A stretch of 64,000 nucleotides of DNA from Patescibacteria group bacterium (GTDB lineage Bacteria; Patescibacteriota; Patescibacteriia; Patescibacteriales; JBAZCA01). The notes below the pieces were generated by a model. The model was given only the letters and a program-made list of their open reading frames with translations. It had not been told where the DNA came from and did not search any database. The translations under genes and the position numbers were made by a program. Below are positions 1 to 9,621 of this stretch, piece by piece (position 1 is the stretch's first letter; each line of letters opens with the position of its first letter). The stretch lies in assembly GCA_041671125.1 (NCBI GenBank), contig JBAZCA010000002.1, forward strand, positions 137,529 through 201,528, read 5' to 3'.

Positions 1-611
1 TGGTTGACAGTTACGGCATGTTTATAACAAAAGAACACCGTTTTTCCGATCTAAAGCAGGGCGAAAAAGACGATCCGGCGGTTAAGCAGGCCCGCGAGAT
101 TTTCGGGTTTACCGGCGCGGCGGTCCTTTTCAGGCTGGAGGCGTTAAAAGACACGGCTTTTTTCAACGGACAATACAGCGAATATTTTGACGAACTAATG
201 TTTATGTATAAAGAAGACTGCGACCTTTCATACCGGTTGCACCTCGCGGGTTGGAAAATAGTTTTCGCGCCAGAGGCGGTCGCGTATCACGACCGGAGCG
301 TCAGTCCAATCGGCGAGTCGGCTTTAAAAATCGCCTTAAACCGGAAAAATAAAAGCCAACAGGTTAAAAAATGGTCATTTTTAAACCATTGGATTCTTCT
401 TGCTAAAGTCCGGAATTTACCCTTTTCCCTCCGCGTAGTATTAGCTACGGCCAGTTATCAGGCAAAAGCTCTTTTCTATGTCCTGATTTTTGAACCTTAC
501 CTTTTAAGGGAATTTCTTAAATTTCTGGAGCTGAAAAATGAAATTAAAAAAAGAAGAGAGGCGCTAAAAATTAGAATCAATATTACTGAAATAGAAAAAT
601 TCATGGAATGA
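1..611 (+). CDS. Glycosyltransferase family 2, C-terminal part (5' end outside window)
   Basis: The frame is open from the window edge. FMYKEDCDLSYRLHLAGWKIVFAPEAVAYH matches the conserved ED-D...H block of COG1216-type GT2 enzymes. ATGA overlap with the next GT2 gene. Confidence 0.7.
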   Translation, partial: VDSYGMFITKEHRFSDLKQGEKDDPAVKQAREIFGFTGAAVLFRLEALKDTAFFNGQYSEYFDELMFMYKEDCDLSYRLHLAGWKIVFAPEAVAYHDRSVSPIGESALKIALNRKNKSQQVKKWSFLNHWILLAKVRNLPFSLRVVLATASYQAKALFYVLIFEPYLLREFLKFLELKNEIKKRREALKIRINITEIEKFME

Positions 612-1441
612 GCTTGCCAATATTTATGGAAAACTTTATTTCCGCCTGCCTTATTATCCGCGACGAGGCTGGGCTTTTGGAAAGATGCCTTGAAAGCCTC
701 AAAAAAGCGGCTGACGAAATAATCATTATCCATGACGGCGAATGCAAAGATAAAAGCCTTGAAATCGCCAGACGATTTAAGGCGAGAATATTTGAAAGGC
801 CGGAACGGGGATACATGGAAGCCCATCTGCCTTTTGCCTTTCGCGAGGCCCGGGGTAATTGGATTTTAAGGATTGACGCGGACGAGTATCTCTCGCCCGA
901 GCTGGCCGACAGTTTAAGAAGTCTAGCCGCGGCCGATTTTTCAGCTTACAGTTTTTTTTGGCCGCTTTGGGACGGAAAAAAGGAAATTACGTCCCGCTGG
1001 CCGGAGAAAACCTGCTTTTTTAAAAAGAGCGCCGTTTCTTTTATCGCCGTGCCGCACGCTTATATCCGGGTCGCCGGCAAGACCGCCAAATCCAGTTTTA
1101 CCTTGCGCCACCGTCCGGATTACGATAACCTGAGCCTGGCGGTTTTTAAAAACAAATGGCTTAAGTGGGCCGGACTGCAGGCAAAAATTTATTTAAAAGA
1201 TTTTTCAGAAATTGAAAAATTCAACTGTCAGGATATGGACTGGCCGCTTAAGATAATGATTAGAAAAAAATTCTCAATATTACTTTTGCCCGTTGAATTT
1301 ATTTTGGTCTTTGCCGATAGCCTCCTTGACGGCGGCCTGAAAGAGGGATGGGTCGGCGTAAAAACCGCTTTTTTCCGGGGGCTTTACCGGGCGGCGGTTA
1401 ACTGCCGGATATTCGCCGAAAAGAGGCGTCTAAAAAAATAA
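608..1441 (+). CDS. Glycosyltransferase family 2
   Basis: N-terminal GT2 fold pattern (SACLIIRDEAGLLERCLESL...IIIIHDGECKD...RIDADEY, a DxD-like motif). Translationally coupled to the upstream GT2. Confidence 0.7.
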   Translation: MSLPIFMENFISACLIIRDEAGLLERCLESLKKAADEIIIIHDGECKDKSLEIARRFKARIFERPERGYMEAHLPFAFREARGNWILRIDADEYLSPELADSLRSLAAADFSAYSFFWPLWDGKKEITSRWPEKTCFFKKSAVSFIAVPHAYIRVAGKTAKSSFTLRHRPDYDNLSLAVFKNKWLKWAGLQAKIYLKDFSEIEKFNCQDMDWPLKIMIRKKFSILLLPVEFILVFADSLLDGGLKEGWVGVKTAFFRGLYRAAVNCRIFAEKRRLKK

Positions 1442-1476
1442 AAACGCCATTAAAACAACTTTGAAACAAATTTAAC

Positions 1477-2388
1477 ATGGACTTATCAATAATCATTGTT
1501 TCTTGGAACGTAGCGGAAAAACTAAGGGAAAACCTGGCTGCCTTGTTCAAAAGCCGGGCTGATTTTTCGTTTGAGGTTTTTGTCGTGGATAATAATTCTT
1601 CCGACGGTTCGGCTGAGATGGTGAAAAGTGAATTTCCGCGGGCGGATTTAATTGCTAACAGCCATAACGCGGGGTTTGCCAAAGCTAATAACCAGGCCCT
1701 CCGCGAGGCTAAAGGCAATTATGTCCTCTTATTAAATCCAGACATGAAAGTTTTCCCCGACACCCTCGCTAAAATGCTGAAATGGATGAAAGAAAATCCT
1801 AAAGCCGCGGTCGCCGGCTGTCGCCTGGTTGGTAAAAAAGGTAACACGGTAAAACACGTCCGGCGCTTTCCAAAATTAAGCGACCAGTTAGCCATCGTTT
1901 TAAAACTTCCACATATTTTTAAAAATATCTTAAGAGAATATTTAAGGGAAGATTTTGATTATACGCGGGCGGCAAGAGTTGATTCAATCCGCGGCGGATT
2001 TTTTATGATTAACCGGGAGGCGGCGGAAAAACTTGGCCGCCGGACGGCGGAAGGGATTGAGAAAGAGTCCGCCAATCCAACCCTGCCTTTTTTAGACGAG
2101 CGTTATTTTCTCTGGTTTGAAGAAGTGGATTACTGCCAACAGATTAAAGCGGCCGGCGGCGAAGTCTGGTTTGCGCCGGCGGCCGAATGCGTTGATTATG
2201 TCGGGCAGAGTTTTAAGCTTTTAAGGAGGGGAGCCGCTCAAGGTTACTTCCGCGACTCAATGCTAAAATATTTTAAAAAATGGCGCCCGGTCTGGCAATA
2301 CTGGATTCTTAAAATCGTCTGGCCGGCCGGACAGCTTTTAACCGCAATCGGCGAATTTCTAAACATCAAGACTGGAGGAAAAACATAA
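1477..2388 (+). CDS. Glycosyltransferase family 2 (COG1216/rhamnosyltransferase-like)
   Basis: MDLSIIIVSWN...VVDNNSSDGS...NAGFAKANN...LLLNPDM...FEEVDYCQQIKAAGGEVWFAP. Confidence 0.8.
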   Translation: MDLSIIIVSWNVAEKLRENLAALFKSRADFSFEVFVVDNNSSDGSAEMVKSEFPRADLIANSHNAGFAKANNQALREAKGNYVLLLNPDMKVFPDTLAKMLKWMKENPKAAVAGCRLVGKKGNTVKHVRRFPKLSDQLAIVLKLPHIFKNILREYLREDFDYTRAARVDSIRGGFFMINREAAEKLGRRTAEGIEKESANPTLPFLDERYFLWFEEVDYCQQIKAAGGEVWFAPAAECVDYVGQSFKLLRRGAAQGYFRDSMLKYFKKWRPVWQYWILKIVWPAGQLLTAIGEFLNIKTGGKT

Positions 2389-3452
2389 TGAAAAAAGTTG
2401 GAATTATCATAGTTAACTACAAAAATTACGCGAATAAATTTCTGGCTGAATGCCGGGAAAGTTTGCGCGCGCAAAGCTATCCAAAGGAACTTACCCGAAT
2501 CTATATTATTGATAACGCGTCAACCGGCGAAACCCGGCGTTTTCTGGCGGAAAATTATCCCGAAGCCGCGGTCATGCCGAGAGATGATGGCAATTACGCC
2601 GCCGCCAACAACACTGGGATTAAGAAGGCCCTTCAAGACGGCCGTGAACTCATCGTGATCGCCAACATGGACGTAAAATTTGACCGGGACTGGCTTAGAG
2701 AGCTGGTAAGCGCGGTCTCTGCTCAGCGTTCAACCGGTATTGCCCAGTCAAAAATTTTATTATATCCTGAAAAAGACGGGGATAGGTTAAAGATTAACAG
2801 CCTGGGCAATGTTATCCATTATTTGGGTTTCGGATTCACTTCCGGCTACAACCAGCCAGACGAAGAAATTGAAGGGTTGCCGGAAATCGCCGGCTACGCG
2901 AGCGGCTGTTCGTTCATAATAAAGAAAGAAGTCCTGGAAAAAATCAACGGCTACGACGAGGAATTTTACATGTACCACGACGACATGGAAATAAGCCTTA
3001 AAGTGAGGCTCGCGGACTGGAAAATTATCCTCGCGCCAAAATCGGTTGTTTACCATAAATATGAATTTTCCCGGAGCGTTAAAATGCTCTATTTCATGGA
3101 AAGAAACCGGTATCTCGTGATGCTTATTTTTTACAGGCTGCCGACTATTTTGCTAATTTTTCCCGCGCTGGTTCTCATGGATCTTGGGATGCTATTATAT
3201 TCCATTCCCGGCGGCTGGCTTAAAACCAAACTGGCGGTTTACCGGTATTTCCTGAATGCCAAAAGCTGGAAAAAAATTATATCGGAAAGAAAACGCGTCC
3301 GAAGTTTGAGGACAATAGGCGACAGACAACTAATTAATAATTATAAAGGCCGGGTATTATTTCAGGAGATTGACAACCCGGTATTAAAATATATCGCCAA
3401 TCCTTTATTTAATCTTTACTGGAACATTGTTAAAAATATTATTTTTTGGTAA
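2388..3452 (+). CDS. Glycosyltransferase family 2 with C-terminal membrane segment
   Basis: GIIIVNYKN...IIDNASTGET...HDDMEISLKVRLADWKIILAPKSVVYH. Hydrophobic C-terminal region. ATGA-type overlap with the previous gene. Confidence 0.8.
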   Translation: MKKVGIIIVNYKNYANKFLAECRESLRAQSYPKELTRIYIIDNASTGETRRFLAENYPEAAVMPRDDGNYAAANNTGIKKALQDGRELIVIANMDVKFDRDWLRELVSAVSAQRSTGIAQSKILLYPEKDGDRLKINSLGNVIHYLGFGFTSGYNQPDEEIEGLPEIAGYASGCSFIIKKEVLEKINGYDEEFYMYHDDMEISLKVRLADWKIILAPKSVVYHKYEFSRSVKMLYFMERNRYLVMLIFYRLPTILLIFPALVLMDLGMLLYSIPGGWLKTKLAVYRYFLNAKSWKKIISERKRVRSLRTIGDRQLINNYKGRVLFQEIDNPVLKYIANPLFNLYWNIVKNIIFW

Positions 3453-3552
3453 CCATGTCCGCGTCGCCAACCCGTTTTTTTTGTTTGAAAATTGTCCGCC
3501 CGAGGCGGATCCGCCTTTGGCGGAGAATTTGGCGATTGAAAATTATCTAAAT

Positions 3553-4335
3553 ATGGATCTGAGTATAATCATCGTCAACTACAAAAACCTCGTAAAAACC
3601 CGCAAATGCCTTGAGGCGATCAGCGCTTCGGACTTTGACGGTTTGAGCCATGAGGTTATTGTCGTGGATAACGCCTCCGGCGACTATGTTGACGCCTTGA
3701 AAAAAGATTTTCCTTACGTTAAGATTATCAAATCACCGGATAATCCCGGAATGGGAGAAGGAAATAATTTAGGCATGAAAAATGCTTACGGCAATTTCTT
3801 CTTAATCCTTAACCCCGACACTTACGTTGAAAAAAACACCATCAAAATATTATTCCAACACATGGAAAATAATCCCCGGGCGGGAGTTATTGGGCCGAAA
3901 CTTCTTAATCCAGACGGCAGCCTCCAGTATTCCTGCCTGCGTTTTCCCAAAATTTACCTTCCCGTCATGCGGCGCACTTTTCTCGGCAAATTATTTAAGG
4001 CCGAATTAAACCGGTTTATGATGGCTGATTTTGACCATGATGAGGTAAAAGAAGTTGACTGGATGCTTGGCTCGGCCCTGATGATTAGGAGAAGCGTATT
4101 GAGCAAGATCGGGCCGGCTTTTGATAAAAGATTTTTTATGTTTTTTGAGGATACTGACCTTTGCCGGAGAGTCAAAGCCGCCGGGTTCGCGGTCACGTAC
4201 ATTCCGCCGGCGGTCGCGGTTCATGACCACGCCCGGTCAAGCGCCAAAGGATTATGGTTTATCGCGCCTTTTACCAATAAACTGGCCCGGGCGCATATCG
4301 CGTCCTGGATTAAATATTTTTGGAAATGGAAATAA
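3553..4335 (+). CDS. Glycosyltransferase family 2
   Basis: The ORF track starts at 3427, but the conserved GT2 N-terminus MDLSIIIVNYKN begins at ATG 3553. VVDNASGD...LILNPDT...FEDTDLCRRVKAAGFAVTYIP. Confidence 0.8.
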   Translation: MDLSIIIVNYKNLVKTRKCLEAISASDFDGLSHEVIVVDNASGDYVDALKKDFPYVKIIKSPDNPGMGEGNNLGMKNAYGNFFLILNPDTYVEKNTIKILFQHMENNPRAGVIGPKLLNPDGSLQYSCLRFPKIYLPVMRRTFLGKLFKAELNRFMMADFDHDEVKEVDWMLGSALMIRRSVLSKIGPAFDKRFFMFFEDTDLCRRVKAAGFAVTYIPPAVAVHDHARSSAKGLWFIAPFTNKLARAHIASWIKYFWKWK

Positions 4336-4336
4336 T

Positions 4337-4437
4337 CCACAAATTAACAAACCCGCGAATCAACGAATTAACAACGAATCTACGAATAAATTAAAAAATA
4401 TATTTGTAGATTTGTAAATGATTTGTTGATTTGTGGG
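4337..4437 (+). repeat. Imperfect palindrome built from ACAAAT/ACGAAT words (putative RNA hairpin after the GT2 stop codon)
   Basis: The left arm CCACAAATTAACAA...GAATCTACGAATA pairs with the right arm TATTTGTAGATT...TTGTTGATTTGTGGG. Several mismatches are G:T, which is wobble-compatible on the + strand. Confidence 0.6.
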
Positions 4438-4510
4438 TAAATTAAGGTGTTTAGACCAAGTTTTTTTCATTATTATTTATACTATTTTTAATGCATAAAT
4501 GCGGTTAACT

Positions 4511-5374
4511 ATGAAAAAAATCAAGAAAGCCATCGTGGCGGTCGCCGGTTCGGGGACGCGGTTCCTTCCGGCCACTAAAGCCATGCCTAAGGAAATGCTT
4601 CCCATCGTGGATAAGCCGATTATCCAGCTCGTGGTTGAGGAATTGGTGGAAGCCGGAATAGAGGACATAATCCTCGTTACCAAATGGGATAAGAAGCCTT
4701 TGGAAGATCATTTTGACAAAGCCTGGGCGCTGGAGAATGAGTTAAAAAAATCAGGCAAGGAAAAAATGTACCGGGAAATTAAGAACATTTCCGAAATGGC
4801 CAATTTTATTTATGTCCGCCAAAAAGGCCCTTACGGCAACGGGACGCCAATTCTCTCGGCCGCCAGCCTGGTTCGCGACGAACCATTCGTCCATGTCTGG
4901 GGGGATGATCTCGTTAAATCAAAAGTATCATTTACCAAGCAGATGGTGGATGATTACGCTCTGCACGGCTGTCCCATGATCGGGGTGCAGGAAGTGCCGG
5001 AATGCGAAACTTCCCGCTACGGCATTGTTAAGCTGAAAGATAAGACCATGGAAATTGAAGATATTATTGAAAAGCCGGAACCGGGAAAATCGCCCTCCTG
5101 CCTCGCTGATTTTGGGCGGATGATTTTAAACCAGGAAATTATAGACATCCTTCGGAAAATCCCGCTCGGGAAAGACGGCGAACTCTGGACCGTTGACGCT
5201 ATCCGCGAATACGTCCGGCAAGGCAATAAGTTCATGGCGAAAAAAATCATTGACGGCGAATGGCTTACTACCGGCGACCCGCTGAATTACCTTAAGGCTG
5301 TAGTTAAGTACGCCGTGGACAGGGAAGACATCGGCCAGGATTTCCGGGCGTTTGCCAAAGGAATTATAAATTAA
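4511..5374 (+). CDS. galU: UTP--glucose-1-phosphate uridylyltransferase
   Basis: KAIVAVAGSGTRFLPATKAMPKEMLPIVDKPIIQ is the GalU signature. Start moved to MKKIKK (4511) by analogy with GalU N-termini. Confidence 0.9.
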   Translation: MKKIKKAIVAVAGSGTRFLPATKAMPKEMLPIVDKPIIQLVVEELVEAGIEDIILVTKWDKKPLEDHFDKAWALENELKKSGKEKMYREIKNISEMANFIYVRQKGPYGNGTPILSAASLVRDEPFVHVWGDDLVKSKVSFTKQMVDDYALHGCPMIGVQEVPECETSRYGIVKLKDKTMEIEDIIEKPEPGKSPSCLADFGRMILNQEIIDILRKIPLGKDGELWTVDAIREYVRQGNKFMAKKIIDGEWLTTGDPLNYLKAVVKYAVDREDIGQDFRAFAKGIIN

Positions 5375-5393
5375 CATCCGGCGAGATAAAAAA

Positions 5394-5428
5394 GCAGGGA
5401 ACAAAATTTTTTGTTCCCTGCTTTTTTC
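5394..5428. terminator. Bidirectional rho-independent terminator between convergent galU and the PEGA gene
   Basis: GCAGGGAAC / GTTCCCTGC perfect 9-bp stem with an A/T-rich loop, flanked by an A-run on one side and a T-run on the other. Confidence 0.75.
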
Positions 5429-5438
5429 GCCTGAAAAA

Positions 5439-6809
5439 CTATCTTATCATTAATTTATATATCCCGTTCGCGCCCTTATCTGAACCGAAAAAATAAATTG
5501 CTTCTCCGCCGTCGTCCAGAGCCGGAGAGGAAACAAAATCCATTTTCGCGAGCGTTGTGACTTTTCTCTCGCTACCAGAAAGCTCCAGCATGTTAATTGA
5601 ATCAGGAGAGGTAAAAATTATGAATTTACCGTCCGGATGCCAGATCAGGTCTTTTACTTCCTGGCTTAGGCGGGTAAGGAGTTCGCGGCCGGCACCGCCG
5701 GATCCGGCTTTCCAGATCTCAAAATCATTGGCGAAAAAAAAATTATTACCGTCAATCCGGCTGACTTTCGCGGCATTATTTATGATTTCTTTTATTGGCG
5801 AAAAAGCGGTCGGGTCAATCAGGTAAAGGATTTTACGGTTTTTATCCAAAAGGCTTATGAGGCTGTTTCCGGCGTCAATAAATTCATAAGCCTGGGAAAA
5901 AGGCAGTTCTATGCTCCGTTCGGTTTTCGCGTCTTTGATATTCCAGATATTTAAGAATACTTTGCTGGAAATACGGCTAGCATAAGCGAGACGGTCCCCG
6001 AAAACAGAAAAATCTTCCGCCTCGCCGTTAATTTTAACCAGGCTTTCGGCGTCTTTCCGATCCGGGGCAATCCGGTAAATTTCGCCCGACCTTAAAAAAT
6101 AAATATTTTCCTGGTTCGCGCCGTCAAATTTTATCAGCCCATAATCTTTCACTAATATCGGCGCGAGATCAACGCCCGTCCAGCCAGCGGCCGCGCTGAA
6201 AAGTTTTTCTCTGATCACGGCCGCACTGCCGTCAGCCGCCCAAACGGCTTTTTCGGTTCCGGCCGCTCCGCCCAATCCGGATGTTGCTTTATTGCCGATG
6301 GAAAATATTTCTCCGCCTTTTTCGGCCGCGTAAAAATAATTTTTGCCATCGGGCGATAAAGAAGCTGAACTGCCAGACGACGCGGCCATGAGCAGGGGCA
6401 AATCTTTCCTTATAAGCACCACGCCCTCAAAATTAGCCGCCTCGCCGGAACTAATTTTAATTTTTCTTTCCCAGTCCCAGTAACCGGAGAGTTCCAGCTT
6501 TACCGCATATTCGCCGGGAAGAAGATTTTTTATTTTGACCGGCGTGGCTATCGGCCGCGCCCCGCCTAAAATTCCCGTCAGTCCGGCGACCGTCCGAAGA
6601 CTGCCGTTTAAGTAAACCGCCGCGCCTTTGGGGAGGGTTTCAATATTCAGCACCCCGGTTTTTTCCACCCGCCCGGAACTAAGGTTTAATTTATAGCCGG
6701 CCGCGTAAAGCATAACCAGCGGGGTGATCACGAGGAATGACGTTATAAATGATATAAATAGTATCTTTCTCAGTCTGCTGGACATGAATAATAAATCAAA
6801 AATTATCAA
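5439..6809 (-). CDS. Membrane-anchored PEGA-domain protein with PD40/TolB-like beta-propeller repeats
   Basis: N-terminal TM helix. A PEGA-like block (LNIETLPKGAAVYLNG...LPGEYAVKLELSGYWDWERKI). Repeated SPDGK/HPDGK motifs. An alternative start at 6785 is possible. Confidence 0.6.
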   Translation of the reverse strand: MIIFDLLFMSSRLRKILFISFITSFLVITPLVMLYAAGYKLNLSSGRVEKTGVLNIETLPKGAAVYLNGSLRTVAGLTGILGGARPIATPVKIKNLLPGEYAVKLELSGYWDWERKIKISSGEAANFEGVVLIRKDLPLLMAASSGSSASLSPDGKNYFYAAEKGGEIFSIGNKATSGLGGAAGTEKAVWAADGSAAVIREKLFSAAAGWTGVDLAPILVKDYGLIKFDGANQENIYFLRSGEIYRIAPDRKDAESLVKINGEAEDFSVFGDRLAYASRISSKVFLNIWNIKDAKTERSIELPFSQAYEFIDAGNSLISLLDKNRKILYLIDPTAFSPIKEIINNAAKVSRIDGNNFFFANDFEIWKAGSGGAGRELLTRLSQEVKDLIWHPDGKFIIFTSPDSINMLELSGSERKVTTLAKMDFVSSPALDDGGEAIYFFGSDKGANGIYKLMIR

Positions 6810-6923
6810 TAATCAATTACCAATGATCAATGAATTTCCAATTATCAATTTTTCAATTTAAAAATTGCATCATTGTAAAATTGAAAATTCATTGAAAATT
6901 GATCATTGATAATTGGTAATTAT
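6801..6923. repeat. Long AT-rich imperfect palindrome of CAATTA/CAATGA words between divergently ending genes
   Basis: AATTACCAATGATCAATGAATTT... on the left versus ...AAAATTGATCATTGATAATTGGTAATT on the right. Confidence 0.5.
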
Positions 6924-6966
6924 CTTCTCATTATTAATTTCTTATGTTAATTCATCGGTTAAATTC

Positions 6967-8268
6967 CTATTCTATCCTCTTTATGTCAGCTCCGAGTTTA
7001 TTAAGGCGGCCGACAATATCTTCGTATCCGCGTTCAATGGAATAGGAATTCCGGAGCACTGACTGTCCGCGGGCGGCAAGCATGGCGATAAGTAAATTTA
7101 TAGACGGCCGGAGCGCCGGGGGGCTGATTATTTCCGCCGGCTTGAGCTCGGTCGGGCCGGTAACGGCAACCCGGTGCGGATCGTAAAGCGCCACGTCGGC
7201 GCCGAGCTTATTCAACTCGGTGTAATAGATCGCCCGGTTTTCGTAAATCCAGTCATGCACCAGGGTTTTCCCTTCAGCCTGGGTTAAAATCGGGACAAAA
7301 AGCGGCAGGTTGTCAATATTTAAACCCGGATAAGGGAGCGGATGGATTTTGTCCGGCAATGCTAGAAGCCGGGAGGGGATGACCTCAATATCAACGAGGT
7401 CAAAATATCCATTCTCGGATTTGTAAATTTTTGAGATTTTTAATTTTTGGCCCATAACCCGGAGTTTTTCAATTTCCAGCCTTAAAAAATCAATCGGACA
7501 GCGCGTTATTTTAATCCGGGATTTTGTCGTTATGGCTATGGAAATAAAAGCCATGGATTCAACCGGGTCGGGCATAACCGGATAATTTTCCACCGGCGCT
7601 AATTTTTTCACTCCGGAAATTACGAGCTTGTTGGTGCCGATACCGGAAATGGAGGCCCCGGCCGCGGAAAGGAAGCAACATAAATCCTGCACCATGTAAT
7701 TGGACGAAGCAAAATAAATTTCCGTTTTTTTACTCCCGAGGATCGCGGCGAAAATCGTATTTTCCGTGGCCGTATCGCCGGTCTCGTGCATGGTTACCGA
7801 GCTGTCGCGCGGTTTTAATTTAACAACCTCGTATCGGCAGCCGCTATCTTTTATAGCAAAGCCCATCTGTTCCATGGCGAGCTTATAGGGGTTAACCGTC
7901 CTTTTCCCGAGCTTACAACCAGAACCTTTAGGCAGGCTGAAGCGGTCAAAAAGCGGTGAAAGCGACCCCATGAGAAGCAGAGCCGCCCGGGTTTTCGCGA
8001 ATGACTCCTGGTTTAAATTTTTCAGGCTGATTTTCCCGCCATTCACGATTTCCAGCTCATGGGCGCCGATCCATTTTATTTTCAGGTCGATTGATTTAAG
8101 GGTTTCAACCATCCTCTTTACTTCTTCAATAACCGGAACATTAACCAAGGTTGTACGTCCTGGAATCATCGGCATAGCCGCGAGAATCGCTACAGCCGAA
8201 TTTTTCGCCGAATTGGTCGCGACCGTCCCTTTTAATCTTTTTCCCCCGTTTATAACGTAGTTTGACAT
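6967..8268 (-). CDS. murA: UDP-N-acetylglucosamine 1-carboxyvinyltransferase
   Basis: EPSP-synthase/MurA fold over the full length. INGGKRLKGTVATNSAKNSAVAILAA; Cys-containing loop PKGSGCKLGKRTV. Confidence 0.9.
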   Translation of the reverse strand: MSNYVINGGKRLKGTVATNSAKNSAVAILAAMPMIPGRTTLVNVPVIEEVKRMVETLKSIDLKIKWIGAHELEIVNGGKISLKNLNQESFAKTRAALLLMGSLSPLFDRFSLPKGSGCKLGKRTVNPYKLAMEQMGFAIKDSGCRYEVVKLKPRDSSVTMHETGDTATENTIFAAILGSKKTEIYFASSNYMVQDLCCFLSAAGASISGIGTNKLVISGVKKLAPVENYPVMPDPVESMAFISIAITTKSRIKITRCPIDFLRLEIEKLRVMGQKLKISKIYKSENGYFDLVDIEVIPSRLLALPDKIHPLPYPGLNIDNLPLFVPILTQAEGKTLVHDWIYENRAIYYTELNKLGADVALYDPHRVAVTGPTELKPAEIISPPALRPSINLLIAMLAARGQSVLRNSYSIERGYEDIVGRLNKLGADIKRIE

Positions 8269-8435
8269 AATTCAATCAATTACGAATTAAGAATTATAAA
8301 TTAAAAGACGTCAAAATTCCTAACCCGCGATCGAAATAGCTGAATAATTATACCTTACCTAAAATCAGAACATTTTTCAAGGCTCAGGACAAACTCTGTT
8401 ATTCATTATTCATAATTAATCATTCATCTCAGGCT

Positions 8436-8463
8436 TTGACTTTCGGCTTAAAAATGGTAATCT
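8436..8463 (+). promoter_or_regulatory. Possible sigma70-type promoter for the L,D-transpeptidase gene
   Basis: TTGACT, a 16-nt spacer containing TGG, then TAATCT, 25 nt upstream of ATG 8488. Confidence 0.35.
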
Positions 8464-8487
8464 TAATTAATAGTTTAAGGCTTAAAT

Positions 8488-9240
8488 ATGAAAAATTCCA
8501 AATACGCGGTCGCGTTTTTTATTATCCTGGCGGGCCTTTGGGTCGGCGCGGCAAAGGCGAACAGCTTGCCGGACGAGGATCGGGACATGGTTCCGGACCA
8601 GGATGAAATTAACCTGTATAAAACCGACTCTAAAAATCCAGATACTGACGCTGACGGCTACAGCGACTGGGTTGAACTGACGAGCGGTTTTTCGCCGCAC
8701 TCCGCCAAGAAGAAACTTGAAGAAAATGACCTTGACGCTGACGGCTTAAACGACAGTCTGGAATTAAAATTCCATACTATCCTTGATAATCCGGATACGG
8801 ACGCTGACGGTCTTTCGGACGGCGAGGAAATTAAAACCGGTTTTAACCCTTTGGATCCGAATCCTGAAGCAAAGCTCGCGAAAAGGATTGAAATTGATTC
8901 CGGCCGGACGCAAACTTTAAGCTATTTTTTAGGAGGAGTGAGGCTCGGAAAATTCCAAGTCTCAACCGGCAAACCTTCCATGCCCACGCCAAAAGGCGAA
9001 TTCCTTATCAGTTCAAAAATTGAAAAAGCCTGGTCGCGGTCTTACGGGCTTTGGATGCCTTATTGGCTCGGCATGGGACGTTTCGGCATCCATGAACTGC
9101 CCGTCTGGCCCGGAGGCTACCGGGAAGGAGAAGACCATCTCGGCAAACCAGTTTCCCATGGCTGTATCCGCCTCGGCATCGGCCCGGCTAAAACGCTATA
9201 TGACTGGACCGAACCTGGCACCAAAGTGAGTATTTATTAA
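8488..9240 (+). CDS. Secreted L,D-transpeptidase (YkuD domain) with thrombospondin-type-3-like Ca-binding repeats
   Basis: Signal peptide. Four DxDxDGxxDxxE repeats (NPDTDADGYSDWVE, NDLDADGLNDSLE, NPDTDADGLSDGEE). C-terminal YkuD catalytic motif SHGCIRL. Confidence 0.8.
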   Translation: MKNSKYAVAFFIILAGLWVGAAKANSLPDEDRDMVPDQDEINLYKTDSKNPDTDADGYSDWVELTSGFSPHSAKKKLEENDLDADGLNDSLELKFHTILDNPDTDADGLSDGEEIKTGFNPLDPNPEAKLAKRIEIDSGRTQTLSYFLGGVRLGKFQVSTGKPSMPTPKGEFLISSKIEKAWSRSYGLWMPYWLGMGRFGIHELPVWPGGYREGEDHLGKPVSHGCIRLGIGPAKTLYDWTEPGTKVSIY

Positions 9241-9293
9241 TTAATAGCGCGCAGCAGGATCAATACATGTTCCTGCTATGTAATAATACGAAT

Positions 9294-9518
9294 ATGAAAG
9301 AAAAAATTGAAAAAGCTCTGGATCAAATTAGGCCTATGCTCCAAGCCGACGGCGGAGACGTCCGCTTCGTAAGCTTTGACGAGAAAACTGGTAAGCTTAA
9401 AATTGAACTCATGGGCGCCTGCTCCCATTGCCCGATGTCGCACATAACCTTGACGCAGGGAATAGAAGAAACCATAAAAAAAGAAGTTCCGGAAGTAAAA
9501 GAAATAGAAGCCATATAA
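9294..9518 (+). CDS. NifU-like Fe-S cluster scaffold domain protein
   Basis: IRPMLQADGGDVRFV...GACSHCPMSHITLTQGIE matches the NifU C-terminal domain CxxC pattern. The upstream ATG at 9267 lies inside a hairpin. Confidence 0.8.
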   Translation: MKEKIEKALDQIRPMLQADGGDVRFVSFDEKTGKLKIELMGACSHCPMSHITLTQGIEETIKKEVPEVKEIEAI

Positions 9519-9621
9519 TGGCAAATTCCAAAATACAAATTCCACCCGCCCGAACGCATCAGACGGGCGGGAATTCCAAAAATTCTTTGGAGCTTGGGTT
9601 TTGAAATTTGGAATTTACGCT

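Noticed and set aside
3496-3523. Two adjacent GC hairpins (CCGCCCGAGGCGG AT CCGCCTTTGGCGG) between GT2 genes, considered as a fragment of the inverted-repeat family
   Set aside because: They share only a GGATCC-like centre with the family and lack the GTCATCC termini. That is insufficient to call them a family member. They may be a simple terminator or attenuator.
9545-9571. CCCGCCCG...CGGGCGGG hairpin after the NifU-like gene, considered as a canonical terminator
   Set aside because: The stem is good but is not followed by a T-run. It is left as an unclassified hairpin embedded in AAATTCC word repeats.
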